Shown: in pieces, positions 39,115 through 52,800 of the stretch | Layout of the letters: every line of letters begins with the position of its first letter | Position numbering within the stretch: the first letter of the stretch is position 1 | From: Ramazzottius varieornatus | Lineage: Eukaryota; Animalia; Tardigrada | Direction: 5' to 3' | DNA: 64,000 bases | Assembly: GCA_001949185.1 (NCBI GenBank) | Contig: BDGG01000004.1 | Span: 397,620 to 461,619 of the forward strand | Position numbers and translations under genes: made by a program | Notes under the pieces: generated by a model | Databases searched by the model: none | What the model saw: only the letters and a program-made list of their open reading frames with translations | What the model was told of the DNA's origin: nothing

Positions 39115-42100
39115 GTACGTAGTGGAACTTACTTATGCAACACTATTGGCCCACGTAAATTTCGAACTCCTGACGCAGAACAGAGTACCGCCGTAAGTAG
39201 GCTCCACATTCGGGAAGTACTTGTGGCAGTTCTTTTTATGCTCTACGTGTGAATCAAATTGATGCGTCACGGTTGGTTTGATGTCTCACTCTAATATCTG
39301 TGAGAAAAGCTGTCCGGCACTTGCTCAAGTTTGTTTGCCTGTTCAATTGCTCAATTGATCGACCCTAGAGTAATGGTGCTGACACTAATGTATCAAGAAC
39401 CATTGTCGTTTTCAAATTTCAAGTCAACCTCGGAATACGTACAGCGATTGCGTAATTCTTATCAAGTTCCCGCGTCACTTCCCCAAACTCTCCCCTGCCC
39501 ATGGGGGACATTCTGTCACTCCGTCACCCGTGAAAGTTTGAGAAAAAACTAGATGGTTTACATTAATTCGTTTACGAAGTTGTTGAATTAGATTACAGCA
39601 TGTGTTACACGTGTACTGTATCCGGGAGTAATGCGGTACATACAGTACTGGGCCATGGTGGTTTCTGGGCTCGAATGTGCGGTACATGGTGGACTGATGA
39701 ATTCAGTGTGATATCAGAAGCTGGCCGTTACGCCTCACCAAACTTTATGCTCTATGAAGGGTGAAGAACAAACAGAAAAAAACTCACTTACAGTATCGTT
39801 TACACGTCCTGGTGTTGATGCAGGCGATTCTTACGTAGTCGCGCTTGACCAAGCCGCACGCAGCTACTGTATGTTCTACAGTAAAAGTTCTCTAGGTACA
39901 CCATGGTATCCTGATCTTGGATATTGATATGTATTATCGAATTGACTGTTCGTCTTGGGTTCGATTATTCAATGCTTTCGAGTCAACGCGATAGTACGGC
40001 AGGGCGCAGAAGCAGAGCACCAGTTCAGGCCAGGTCGTCCCATCGCTGACACTTCATCTTTTCATCCTGAAAGCGAGGTCCATCGATCCATCCGCCTCCT
40101 CGATCACACTCCGTTCTCTGGCAAGCCCATTAGGCACGAGCTCCTTTACCTGTCTCGCTTCGATCTGATAAGCTTATGCAAGGTGCCTGGCTTGCGACAC
40201 ATACCTGCGTACACCTGTACGCCCCACCATTGATCGGCTGGTGCGGCATGGTTTCTCGTACCTCTGTAGCACAGAAAAGGTTGTCAGCATTGCGCGAGGT
40301 ACATCAATTGAAGCCGTGGTTATGCCGCCATCCGCGAAATATTGTCAAAATAAACCGGCGTACTGCCAAAACCGTTACAGACTTGCATACCTACCATTGT
40401 GCCTGTACTTACAGCTTGCTTCGAGCTCCAGCCTCAACTTGACCGTATAATGCATAGACCAGCCTTTCAAAGGCCGCAGAGTACTTTCAGGGGTCGGTAA
40501 ATGTTCTTAAAGTCTAGATAGTATCTCTTTGATGACTGTGAAAGTGTGTATATATGAAAGGGATGCTCGTCGGCCTGGCTGCACATTATCCTGTCCCCCA
40601 CTTCCGTTTGTGACTTTAACGGCCTTATTTGAGTGCCAGTATTCGGCTTGTAGTACAGAGACCGTATATTTGCACCCATTCGTTCTGCTAGCTTGCATCT
40701 GTGCGTACTGTAGTCGTGGAACATAATGCATCAGACAGTATTATCGCTGGAATTGTCCGTCGTTTGATTTTAATCTTTCTCTCCGCCGCTGCGTTATCCG
40801 GCACTTGATGAAGGTATTTTCCGGTTATAAATTACTGTGAGTTTCTTGGAGGAACGACGTCTCGCCATGCGCCAGTTCGCCGAGTCTCTGTGCTTCGTCA
40901 AGCCAACCACATGAGCGACTACAGGCTCCAGCCCTTCTTCGGTGCGGCTGGAGACTGAGGGCCGCATCCGGAGCTTCATCTTGTTCTTTGACTTCCGTCT
41001 CTAGCCGTCTTATTGGATACTGCAAACAAACACGTGTTTGCTTTTGCTCGGCGTTTTCGTCTTTTGTATAAAGGAAGTTGATCCTCGGACTATGTGAAGC
41101 ATTTGTTGTGATACGGACCAAATTCCCTACTTTCGTTATTTATTCATATAACTTTCACCCTGTATATTTTGTACATAAGACACAGTTTCCCCTCTCTGGT
41201 CGTCGTCTATTCTTCCCCGTTGGAACATGTGTCTGGTTTTTGGATCTCCCATTGATTTGACTCATCTTGATGTTTGCACTTTCGCGCTTTCAATCCTCCC
41301 GTCTTCAACCGACGCGAACGAGACCCAGTCGTCAAAATAGTTTCGGGGATATATTGCCAACTACAGTCCAGCTTTCGCTCGGAACGTAGTTAGAGATATT
41401 TCAGGAATAAATTCCGACCTCGATATCGGATATTTATTACCGGAAGTATCTGGTTTTCCTGTCTGCGAACTGACAGCCTGAATTGCCATGGGAGGTTCTC
41501 TGAGAAAACAGCACTCCGTAAGTCTTCGATCGCTTTCTCGTCCATATCTAAGAGACTAGCGCGTATTTGTCTACGCACGCGTATACGGCATTGAATAGCA
41601 CGCTTCGCGTATTCCTTTGACCTAATCTCGTTGGTATCACAATATCGCCACGTAATTGTGTAACCTTCGATGCTTACTGAGCGTTTCCTTTGTATTTCGA
41701 TGTTCATAAAAATGTCGAACGTCGACCTTACATTGACGTGGGGTGATGGAACGATGGGCCTTACAACATTCGGTTCTTCATAGTGGGAAACTTCGTACGC
41801 TGCGCTTCGCGTTGTTTCCGGTCTCACCAGCTTCATTGTAAAGACAGTCCATTCCAGTGCGGCTAGCTTGCGTAAGTTCTCCGGAACCGAACCCCATCAG
41901 TGTTTCCGTCTTTAGTTCGCGAAGGTTAGCAGGCAGATTAGCGTCGTTGGACTGCATGGGGATTACTGAAATAGTGGTGGAGTAGGTCATCTGGGAGTAT
42001 ATTTGGGGCAATCAAGGACAAAAAATATGCCCAATTGGGTTCATTTTACATCCCCCAGTCGAAACATTAGGTGTCACGCACCCTCACACACCCTGTAATT

Positions 42101-45100
42101 TGCCGACAGGGGACGTCTTGGTGTTGCTCCCAGTTGAGACGTTTCAATCTCCCTTTCAGGCCAGCATGAGCTCCCTGGAGATGCAATTGATCCATCAGCT
42201 GTAATTTAATCATACGTCCAAGGATAGAATCACCTCGCCTTACCGGATTATTATCCACTTTATCGATTTGAAAATAGCTCTTGAGCGGAAACAAAACATG
42301 AAAAAACAATAGGGAAGTGAGAAATTTTCCTTGTGGTGAGAACGGCAAGCTTGATTGTGTCGCATGCATTACTGCTGTTGGAAAAAGTGGTTCTAGATCA
42401 ATATTGGTGCTTAATGTTGGGGCTATTCATCAATCTGTGATGTTTGACCTGAAAACGCGTGAAAGCGAGACACGGCTTTGCGGTAATCCCAGACCTTACT
42501 GCCGCCTCGAGCTTGAACTCGTATCATCCCAGAGCTTCTACGGACAGAGATGCCATGATTTTACGAGTTTTAGCTATGGTTGGAACAACGTTGGTCTTAC
42601 GTAGAACTCTCAATTCAGTCCGCCGTGATAGAAAGATACTCAGTCAAGAATTACTTTGCCCGCGTTAGACTATCTTGTTTTAATGACGCGAACGAAGTAT
42701 TCATCGAGGATCAATGAGAGCTTGATTGCGGACTTTGAGACCTCTTTTCTTGCTGGGGTAGCGTATTGGACTGTTAAGAGCTGAGCCCCTTCTTGGTTGA
42801 AGATGTCTGCTCACTTCAACTCGCGTTTCGGAAGCCGTGTCTGTATATTTTCAAAAACCTAAAAAGCGGAGTGATGTCACCGAATTTTTTTTGACGACCA
42901 AAATCTTTGATTGAGGAAGCATACAGTCATGGTTTGATCCGAGTGGATGTGGTGTCCGGACGTCGTGCACAGTCCTAGCTGCTCAGTGTTTACTGTCCTG
43001 TAATGGATCTGAGAACACAAGCTGTTGGCGGCAGGCACCAGCCCCCAATACAAACTTCCCTCTAGGTGTCGCCGTTGTGCCGGTGGGAGATCAGTACCAT
43101 GGAGTTTTCCAAACTAATCGACGTGCCATTATCGACCGGCAGGACTTCCCCACTCAAACTTCAGATAACGTCTCCGGTCTCCCCGTTTTACAGTTGGAAG
43201 ACACACTTGGCCTAAAATGGCCTACTGATGGCCGATTCTATGTTGAAAGAGATTTCACCCCACACTCACTTCTCTGCTGGCGCATCTACCCATTGATAAG
43301 CAGATGGATCGATTAGTACATCCACGGGCTATGCTGTGCATGATGTGCTCGGATATGCAGCTGTAACACGCGACACACAAACTAGCATGTATCGATCACT
43401 TCCTATCCCTTCCTCAATTTACGTCCCTCCATCCGAACAGTCAGGGCAGTCAATACCCCTAATATCATTCTGGCTGAATACTGTGGCATCAAGCCATGAA
43501 CCACAAGCCATCCTCCGTACGTTGTCCTCTTTCAATCTTTCCAGAGCTGAAAGTGTCTTCCCATTTGCATCTGCACAGCATCCTCTTCCCCACTTTGAAT
43601 AAGTTTCATCAATATTCGTTTCCGATGATATCAGCGTAATTTTGTCACATCTGGTCGACTTCTCGAAAGCCAGGTCCGAGTGCGCTAATCCATCCCTTAT
43701 CACGGAAAGCTGTGTTTTTTACCACGACCCTTTAGAGTACTGAGGCTAATGGATATCCTTGCATATTTCACGCAGTTTGGATAACGAGGAACTTAACTTT
43801 CTGTGGAACTTTTCTGCCTGAAACATGCCTGAACCAACTGGCGACCCTTCTGTGGTCAACGCGACAACCCAGGTAATTAACTTTACCCAACCTTCCTTTA
43901 GCATGATTGTGGGTTGTGATTAAAGTGTGAGACGAGCCAGCGGATATAACGACCGTTTCTAAACTGGGATGGATTAGCTCCAAATCATTTCCGGTTGCCC
44001 GAATTATCTTGACATGTATTGAGCAGTATGAAATATTGGTTGAAGTTCGGTTCACGTTCGGATGGCTTCTCTTCTGACTCACTCTGGTTGGTCACAACGT
44101 CAGTAATTGACGTCGCTATGATGCAGAGTTGTGGAGCGTGAAGGGCATGTCTACAATTCAATCCTCTTCTGATCCTATCTGTGATGCAGTAGGGAGGAAG
44201 TGCAATCGAGAATGTGTTCGTAGGGCTCTCCCCTCGACTCTCGCTAGCAATACAGCCGAGCAGATGAAGATGGGAAGCACTCTGTGGGAGTGTCCCACGG
44301 TAATGCAAAATATCAAACGCCGCAAACTTCCTGATTTTCTTCGGTTTATGTGTGAAGGTTGGAGTCTTGGATATCCATCACGTTAGGACAGATATGCGGT
44401 GTTCATCGTTTGCTGTCGAGCGGAAACGCTAGTGGTGGATGCGTGTTGGAGAATCCTGTCCAAGCTGGGGTTAAGTTGGTTGCATAATCCAAGAGTTGGT
44501 CTAATAATTTGGTTAGGTCCAATAGCAAGGCTATAGTGGATCCCATCGCAATAGATTGTTTCCGTCCATCATCCATTAGGCATGAGCCCAAGACGCTCAT
44601 CAAGCGAGATTAAAGGGTGAAAACGGCAAACATAGACACTAGTTCCTTAGCTTCAGTGATGCGCTGTTGGTGCCACAGTTACCTTTCCGTTGGGAAGGAC
44701 TGGGTCTGTGGTGGCGCCATCTTTGGAGCCCCGGATGGTTAGTAGCCGGTTGTTGCATTGATTTTGAAGAAAACTCGACCAAATCTTTCCGTCAGGAAAT
44801 GGTGAAAAGGAGACCTTGTTTTTGTTATTGGTGCTACTGCAAAACAGTCGATGTTTTGATTATACCCCTCCAGTGGAGGAAATGCGGCTCAATAACAGGA
44901 TATCTCGGTTCATATGGCTTCCTCGTCGTCGACTCATCATTAGAGGAAAATTGTAGACTCAGCTGTTATACTCGGATCGCCGTCATTAGCAGCTGATAAC
45001 GACACATGTCTTACGGCTTTGCAACCCATTACGTTGTTCAATTAAAGCAGCCAAGCTGATCCAGAGCTGTAATCAAAATGTCGGCGGCTTTGAGGAAGCC

Positions 45101-48100
45101 ATGCATCTAATGCCGAAGCATGGTAGCTGTCTGTTATTGCTACAGTACTGCTGTCGATGCTTCAACAGTACAGTCAAGAACTGTGAAGAGAATCAAACGC
45201 ACGCGTGCTTCTTACTGTTGTATCATCGATTTTTGGTCCGCGTTGATAAATATAGCTCAGGCATGGCCTTTACAATATTTCAAAGGGGAGGAGCAGGGTA
45301 TACAAAACTATTCGTGTTTTTTCCTAACCGTGCTCGGTTCTTTCTGCGTGTTGTGCCGACTTGTACGGTTTTTCGTGCCGGTTACGCCCATTGTCGGTAG
45401 TCATTCAGGTGTGGTTAGCTAGTGAGACTCGCTTCGGTACAACAGGTGCAGTACACCGCGAACCAACGGAGAAAAAAGCTGGTTACGCAACGCTGACGCA
45501 CAAGAAACCTGTTTGACGAAGCAGTAAGCCCGTCAAATAAATTATATATTCAGCATTTATGATTCATGATTATTGACAATGCTTGCTCTGCCCGGCATGT
45601 GGTCTGGGAAAATGGTCCGATGTACGTTGGGCTGCTCACAAGTCAGTACCGTCAGTGTACTTTCACTTCAATTTTCCACCATTGTGTGCATTGTGATGCG
45701 GGACCTTATCGAACCCAAAAACTAACGAAGAAGCTCCGAGTTTTCGAAGGCTCCTGAAACATAAAGGCATACCTCAAAAGCCATTACACCAACTGGCTTG
45801 ATAAAGTAACCAGAATCTTTCAGTTCCCACCGGGTGAAAGTCGTGATATCATCAAACAGGGGATCGTTTTAGAAAGATAGAATTTGCTCAGTGTTGCGAT
45901 GAGGAAGCTTCGGATATCACGGTTTCTTTTTTCTGCTGTCTTCTGCAGTGATGCAGACGTGCGGATCGAATACTCTAATGAGCAATCACTAGTCAACCCT
46001 TCCCCCGCGGATCGACTGATTCTGAGAACCTCGTTCATCTGAACACCATGAACTGAGACAGGCAACTTCCTTGTGCAGAACCAACAGCGAAGTACGTACA
46101 GTAGGGTGGATAATGCGTCATGGTTGTACAGTAAGGTTGTACATGATCAGGTTGCAAGTTTAGGTTGACTTTCCAGTCTGGCCGTGCTCGCTTTTCCAGC
46201 AACTTCCTACTGGCATCGGTTTCAACTTTAGGCCTGGCATTTTAGTTTATGCGTGTTTCAGCAATGGCAGGCTGCTGAGCGGATTTACGAGGCATAGAGT
46301 TTATCGTTGTCTGGCTTCCTCCTCCTACCCCCGTAATTCCCCCATCGTTTATTCTGCTTTCTCTGAAAATATCCTCCGCCTGGAGGCATACTGGGAATAT
46401 ACTTCTCCATCTGGTTCATAATAGCTAAAGCGGTATTTTATCGGATAATATTGCTTGGTAGTGAGAGCAGACGCCAGTATGGCCGAAGCTGTGTTGGTTC
46501 GCCATGAGGAACACGGAATGACGAACGGTACTTCCGCCCGTGACAGTCCCACCCTTGTCAATGCGGCTAACAAGGCTCTAGCTCTGGTAGGTTTGACTTT
46601 TGAGTAAACAACTTGAACTTCTCAGCTAGACTAATTACAATTAAAGACGGAAGGGTTGGGTAGATGATACCTCCAATTTGTGTGGGAAACCAGCCGAAAA
46701 TTGTCGCTTGACAAGTTGGTAGGATCAGCTTAGGCTGAGCGGCTTCGCTTGAACGCCATCCGGTAACGCTATTTCTCGCCGCTATTTGCTTTCCTCTTTC
46801 TGTACTCGAATGGTATAAGCAGGGATATTTGGGTCAAGACAATCATTAAAATTTCCAAGATTGCTCTGTAAGTGTAGTCGGCAGCTGGTTTATTTTACAG
46901 TAGCGGCATTGTCAATTGGTTTGTTAGTTTTGACGAGTGGCAAAGTGGGTTAAAAATTGAAACCAGATGTGGCCACTTTCTTTTCCTTGTCAAAACTCAG
47001 TCGTCTTGATAATTCAAAAATCTGAAAACATGGCCCATTACCAGAATCGGAACGTCTGGGCTTTCGCATCGATGCTCTGAAATTTTAAGCCTCAGATTTC
47101 AATCGGTTACTGTTGTGAGCACTGTTGGACGCTTGCCTTTTTCCTACAGTTTGTGCAGCACTCAAGAATATAAAAATCCCTCTGGAATTTTCTCAGCCGA
47201 GGTTTTCGAGAAGCAACTTGAACGTCGCTTTGCACCTATATCTTAGAACCCAGAAACCAGCGTGCTTGAGCGACAAGTTTTGGCGTCGGTTTCAAGCGTT
47301 GTTGAGTAAGAGAAGGCTCTTAATCGCAGCTTGGTCAGGACCTTGCTTTCACTCAATCAAAGCTGGGTAATCGTTTGATTGTTCCTCTCTCCGGTGAGAG
47401 GGTCCTCAGAGTCTTCGGCACAGAGGTAGGACAGCCCACGCTTGAAGCTGTCTCGTAACGCTCAAAAACTGCTGCATCGGATGTTTGCTACTGTGTGTTA
47501 TTTCTTGCCGATGCTAGCAAGAGGCACTGTCCCAATCGATAGCTGTCAGTTTGGAAATGCCCACACGCTGGGTCTTGTTCCCTTTTACCCTCTTGTCGAT
47601 CACGCCAGACGATCGCATATTCCCCGTTCCGAGCAAGCTTACCATACGAGGTCCCGTATGATTCCCTATTACGCATGCCTGATATCGACTTGATCAAGGC
47701 AGTTCTTCTGCATGAGCAAGGCAAGGGACGTCGAGCTATATCTTTCGGCCCACAAACTGTCACGACAGCACAGTAGGAAAACCCCTAGACATTAATCAAG
47801 CACGAGCTCGCTGTCCGCAAAATCGATACTGTGCAGCATCAAACATAGAGACAACTCTGCGACATTCACTATCTCAACCTCCAGACAGTCTTGTTTGCTC
47901 TTCGGGGTTGGTTAGAGCGAAGAGCTGTGGTTTTCCGCCTAATGGTCCTTTGGTAGCTTCGATGGTTTTCTAATTTCCCGTGGTACTCTCGCAAACACAG
48001 CGATATGAACCAACAGTAAATCGATAACAAAAGCTAACACTAACGGACAAGAATGTTTCGATGTGGGCGACGCATGCATTAGATGACGCGATTCGTAGGC

Positions 48101-49828
48101 GTTACATCACGCAGTCGTGCAGCTGCTGCAGCGTCCGCAACGATTGTTTGGTATTCCCTCCGTCATACATATCTCTCGGCAATTTTTCCGATTAGAATGC
48201 AGACTGGCAAGCTGCATTGTTTGCTTATCAGACGACAGTCGGCAGTGAAATTACTCTCTAAACAGTACCGAAATGAAAGAGTCAAACTCGAGTCGAGAAC
48301 CCAGACGTGGTTTACGGCGTAGGCCTGAGTTCCAATCAATACTGACATGCACCACAGCTTCCGCGCTCAACGCGAACCAAGCAGTAAACAAGGCATTTGT
48401 CTGATTCCATTCAACTCAAACTTTTGATGCCGCTATTACGAGACGGACTCTTTTCCCAACTGAAAAAAATATCGAAAGTTACTTCCTTGTTCTGGATTAG
48501 TGTTAGAGACTGACCACCTGGGCGCGATTTAATTGGTACTCGTTTGTCCAGCACTAGACCGCGTATGGTTCGACACAATGAAGATCTATAGAGTGCAAAG
48601 AAGATTCACCACACTGCATTATCGCTTTGTGTCCGCGGATGTGAATGAAAGTGATTGCGATGTACACTTTCAAGATGATAGATCACGATTACAAATCGCT
48701 AGTTTACGCTTCATACCAAAAGCTTGAGGTGAGGCAGAGTTAGTCGTAAGTAGCCTGATGATGGACCGGTCAATGGCGGATGCTGCGTCGCCCGCGGATA
48801 GGTTTTGCTAAACGGTGGACACCTCCGAACTGGTCGGTGTGTCTGCAGTCTGCTGAAACATAATAGACTTCACAAGGCAACAATCTCACTCGCTAAACTG
48901 AAGAAAACAAGACGAGAGTGAGATAGATAGATATGGTAGCTTGCTAGAGACCTTGGGATGCGGATCTGCGGTGGTCTCGTGCAGTCAGCTACATGTTAAC
49001 TACACTCGTAATCCGAAAAGGATGCTGCAAAAATAAACCACTTCAAACCATCACCAGGTCCGAAAATAATGCATACCTCGTTAATCATATCTGTGGCATC
49101 TGGTATTTTGGGTCTGTGTATATCGAGAAACTTCGCAGTGCTTTGCCAAAAACTGTCGTGGACATGTGGACCTTGAAAAGCAATGTAAAGTCCACGGTGC
49201 AACAGTCTTAACTTTTTTGCCTGAAATTTATTTATTCTGCAAATACGTTGATGGCCGCAGTGTCGTCATCGGCATGCAGGCAAGGAAATACAGACTGGCC
49301 TGCCGAGCGGCCACTTCAAATCAAGTAATCAAACGAGCGGAGAATATTAGGGTTTCATCGTTCAGAAGACTCAGAAGAGTAGGACGAACAGTCGTTCAAC
49401 TTCGGTGAAATATCTTTTGCGTTTCAAAACTGGCACAAGCCATCGTTTACAATTGCTCCCGTTAGGTATCAAATTTCGGCATATCGTGCCATGAAAGATG
49501 CTCTTTCAATGAGGATATAGCCCTTCTTGACATTTCCTTCGTGTCAAGACGGAATGAAAACAGGAGAGGAATGGACAGTAGGACAGCTGTCGTCCACCAG
49601 CGCGTGTTTACACGCATTGATTGAATAGCCTGATCATCCCAGAAAGGAGGTCTTCTCCTTGGCAGGAAACCGGGAATTTAGAGCGGTGAGAATTGGGCTA
49701 GCCACATTTCCATCTGAATGATGCCTCGGAAGTGTAGATGGTGTTTGGCTTGTAAAATGAAAAGAAGGGCCTGATTGGTGTTGCTCTGACATTTGGGTGC
49801 ATTCCTGACAATTTTCTTCTATTTACAG

Positions 49829-52800
49829 ACGGAAGGGAATGCTAGCTTTCTTCGAGCAGCTCGCGCTGGCAACATCGACAAAGTCCAAGATTTCTTACGC
49901 AATGGACAAGACATCAATACGGCAAACGCTGTAAGAACGAAAAACGAATCCAGGAAAAAGTGCAGAAAGATGACAGGATTCCATCTCCAGAGCGTGGCGA
50001 GCGAGCAGATCGAAACTTATTTGATTGATCAGAAGCTGACTGAGCAACTGTGTTCTCTTGAATTCCACGACTTAGTGTAATATCCCTCAAAGATATGCCT
50101 TTTTTCTCCCTTGACAGAACGGCCTGAATGCCCTACATTTGGCATCCAAAGAGGGCCATGTGGACTTGGTGCGACTTCTTCTGGAACGCGGAGCGGCAGT
50201 TGACGCCGCAACGCGGGTAAGTTTGACTTTCCGGCATTGCAAAACTCTGACAGCTCGTCTTTCAACGTGAATGACCGCTAAGTGTCTTCTGGAATTTGCA
50301 GAAAGGAAACACCTCGCTCCATATCGGATGCTTGGCAGGCCAGACCGAAATCGTCAAGATCCTCATCGACCACGGCGGATCAGTCAACGTACAGTCGCAG
50401 AATGGCTTCACGCCATTGTACATGGCAGCTCAGGAGAACCACGTCGACATTGTCCGGTACCTTCTGGAGCACAGCGCAAACCAAAGTCTGGCTACCGAAG
50501 ACGGTTTCACACCTTTGGCCGTCGCGCTCCAACAAGGCCACGACAAGGTGGTCTCCATTCTGCTCGAGAGCGATACTCGGAGCCGAGTACGTCTTCCCGC
50601 TCTGCACATCGCAGCCAAGAAGGACGATGTCCGTGCTGCAACTTTGCTTCTGGACAGTGACCAAACTGGACCGGATGTTACTTCCAAATCGGGTAAGAAT
50701 TTCATTATTTCATGTATTTATAAAAAATCACTTTTATTCTGACTATCAGACCCGTCATTATGTTTGATGGTCGTGCCACGCTTCTGCACGTAGATGACCC
50801 CTGCAGAAGCGTGTCACAGCGGTTTGCTTTCTAAACCGGGGCGTAACCACACGAAATTTTTACTCTGATTCATTTTTCAGGTTTTACTCCATTGCACATC
50901 GCTGCCCATTACGGTAATGTGGCTATCGGGACTCTGTTACTGGATCGCGGGGCGAATGTCAACTTCGCAGCCAGCAAACACAACATTACACCGCTGCATG
51001 TGGCGGCCAAATGGGGAAGGGCCAATATGGTGGAGCTTCTATTGAACCGAGGAGCGGAAATCGATGCCAAAACAAGGGTAAGTGGAACTCTAATCCGTGA
51101 GAGATCGTCTGAATATTCAAGAGTTGTTCTCGGTAAGCGGATTAACACGGTAGGATATTGAAATTGTAAAATTTGAATTGTGTTGCAGGATGGATTAACA
51201 CCTCTTCACTGCGGTGCGCGAAGTGGTCATGACAGGGTCGTCGATCTCCTTCTCCAGAAGGGATCGCCCAACAGTCCAAAAACCAAGGTACAACAGCTGG
51301 TTTTCATTACGGTTCCACGGTATCAAAGTAAAGGCCAGAATATAGTTGATACACCCAGTAAACAATCTTTGGTAAATCGATCGGAGTATTTTTCTACGAT
51401 TTCTTGCAAAACTTATTCTCAGTCTTGTGAGTATTCCATCACAAATTCAATGGCTCAGTACTCCATCCCATTATCTTACAGAATGGTCTGGCTCCTTTGC
51501 ATATGGCGGCCCAAGGCGACCACGTGGACAGTGCTCGAGCTCTTCTCTACTACAAGGCTCCGGTGGACGACGTGACAGTTGACTATTTGACACCACTACA
51601 CGTCGCGGCGCACTGTGGCCACGTGCGGGTAGCGAAACTTCTGCTGGACCGCCGTGCCGATCCCAACGCCCGAGCACTGAACGGTTTCACACCGCTACAT
51701 ATCGCATGCAAGAAAAACAGGATCAAAGTGGTCGAGCTACTTCTGAAGCACGGAGCTTCCATCGACGCTACGACCGAGTCTGGTCTGACCCCTCTGCATG
51801 TGGCATCCTTCATGGGGTGCATGAACATCGTGCTGTACCTGATCCAACATGGGGCGAACCCTGACGTGACGACGGTCAGGGGAGAAACACCGTTGCATTT
51901 GGCTGTGCGCTCCAACCAGACAGACATTATTCGCATTTTACTCCGCAATGGCGCTAAAGTCGATGCCAAAGCCCGAGTAAGTCACATGCCCCAAGACAAG
52001 CGAAGCATTAAATTCAGAGGCCCTAATTATACATTTCGAAAAAGCTAACGTTATTGAGTATTGGGAGTGAAAAGTCGGAACATCCAATAGGTTGAATTTT
52101 GTTCTGGTTTTGGTGTCGCGCAATGATTTCTCGGTGGATCACAACGATCTACGCCATTTTTTATACAATTTCATAGCGAGATAGCGAAGTTGCGCACTCG
52201 CAATGAAGAACGTTTTACTTAGGAAAACCAAACGCCACTGCACATCGCCACGCGACTGGGTCATCTGGACAACGCGGCTTTGTTGATCCAGCACGGCGCA
52301 GTGATCGATATCCAGACGAAGGATCTGTACACGCCGCTGCACATTGCGGCCAAGGAAGGACAGGAGGAAGTGGCCATGCGGCTGATTGAGCAGGGTGCCA
52401 GTCTGACGGCCACTACCCGCAAGGGATTCACTCCGCTGCATCTGGCTGCCAAATACGGCCACCTCAACTTGGTCAAGCTCTTCCTGGATAAGGGCGCCGC
52501 TGTCGATACACAAGGCAAGAACGGCGTGACGCCACTGCATGTGGCCGCCCATTACGACAATGTCCAAGTCGCGCATTTACTCTTGCAACGCGGAGCTTCC
52601 CCACAGGCAACAGCCAAGGTACGTACGGAGTTTGATAATACAACCGTAGAAAGCTGATGCTGTTCTGGGCCGGGATTCGATGGGAACGCATCACCATAAG
52701 TGATCGACACGCGGACAAATATCTCCAGCTCGGATAACGCGGATTTAAGAGTTCTCCGATTAATGCTTTCTTTTTTGCAGAATGGTTACACGCCATTGCA

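Noticed and set aside
52666-52682. tRNA/SINE B-box-like TCGAATCCCGGCCC on the minus strand
   Set aside because: There is no A box or cloverleaf and the match is too short.
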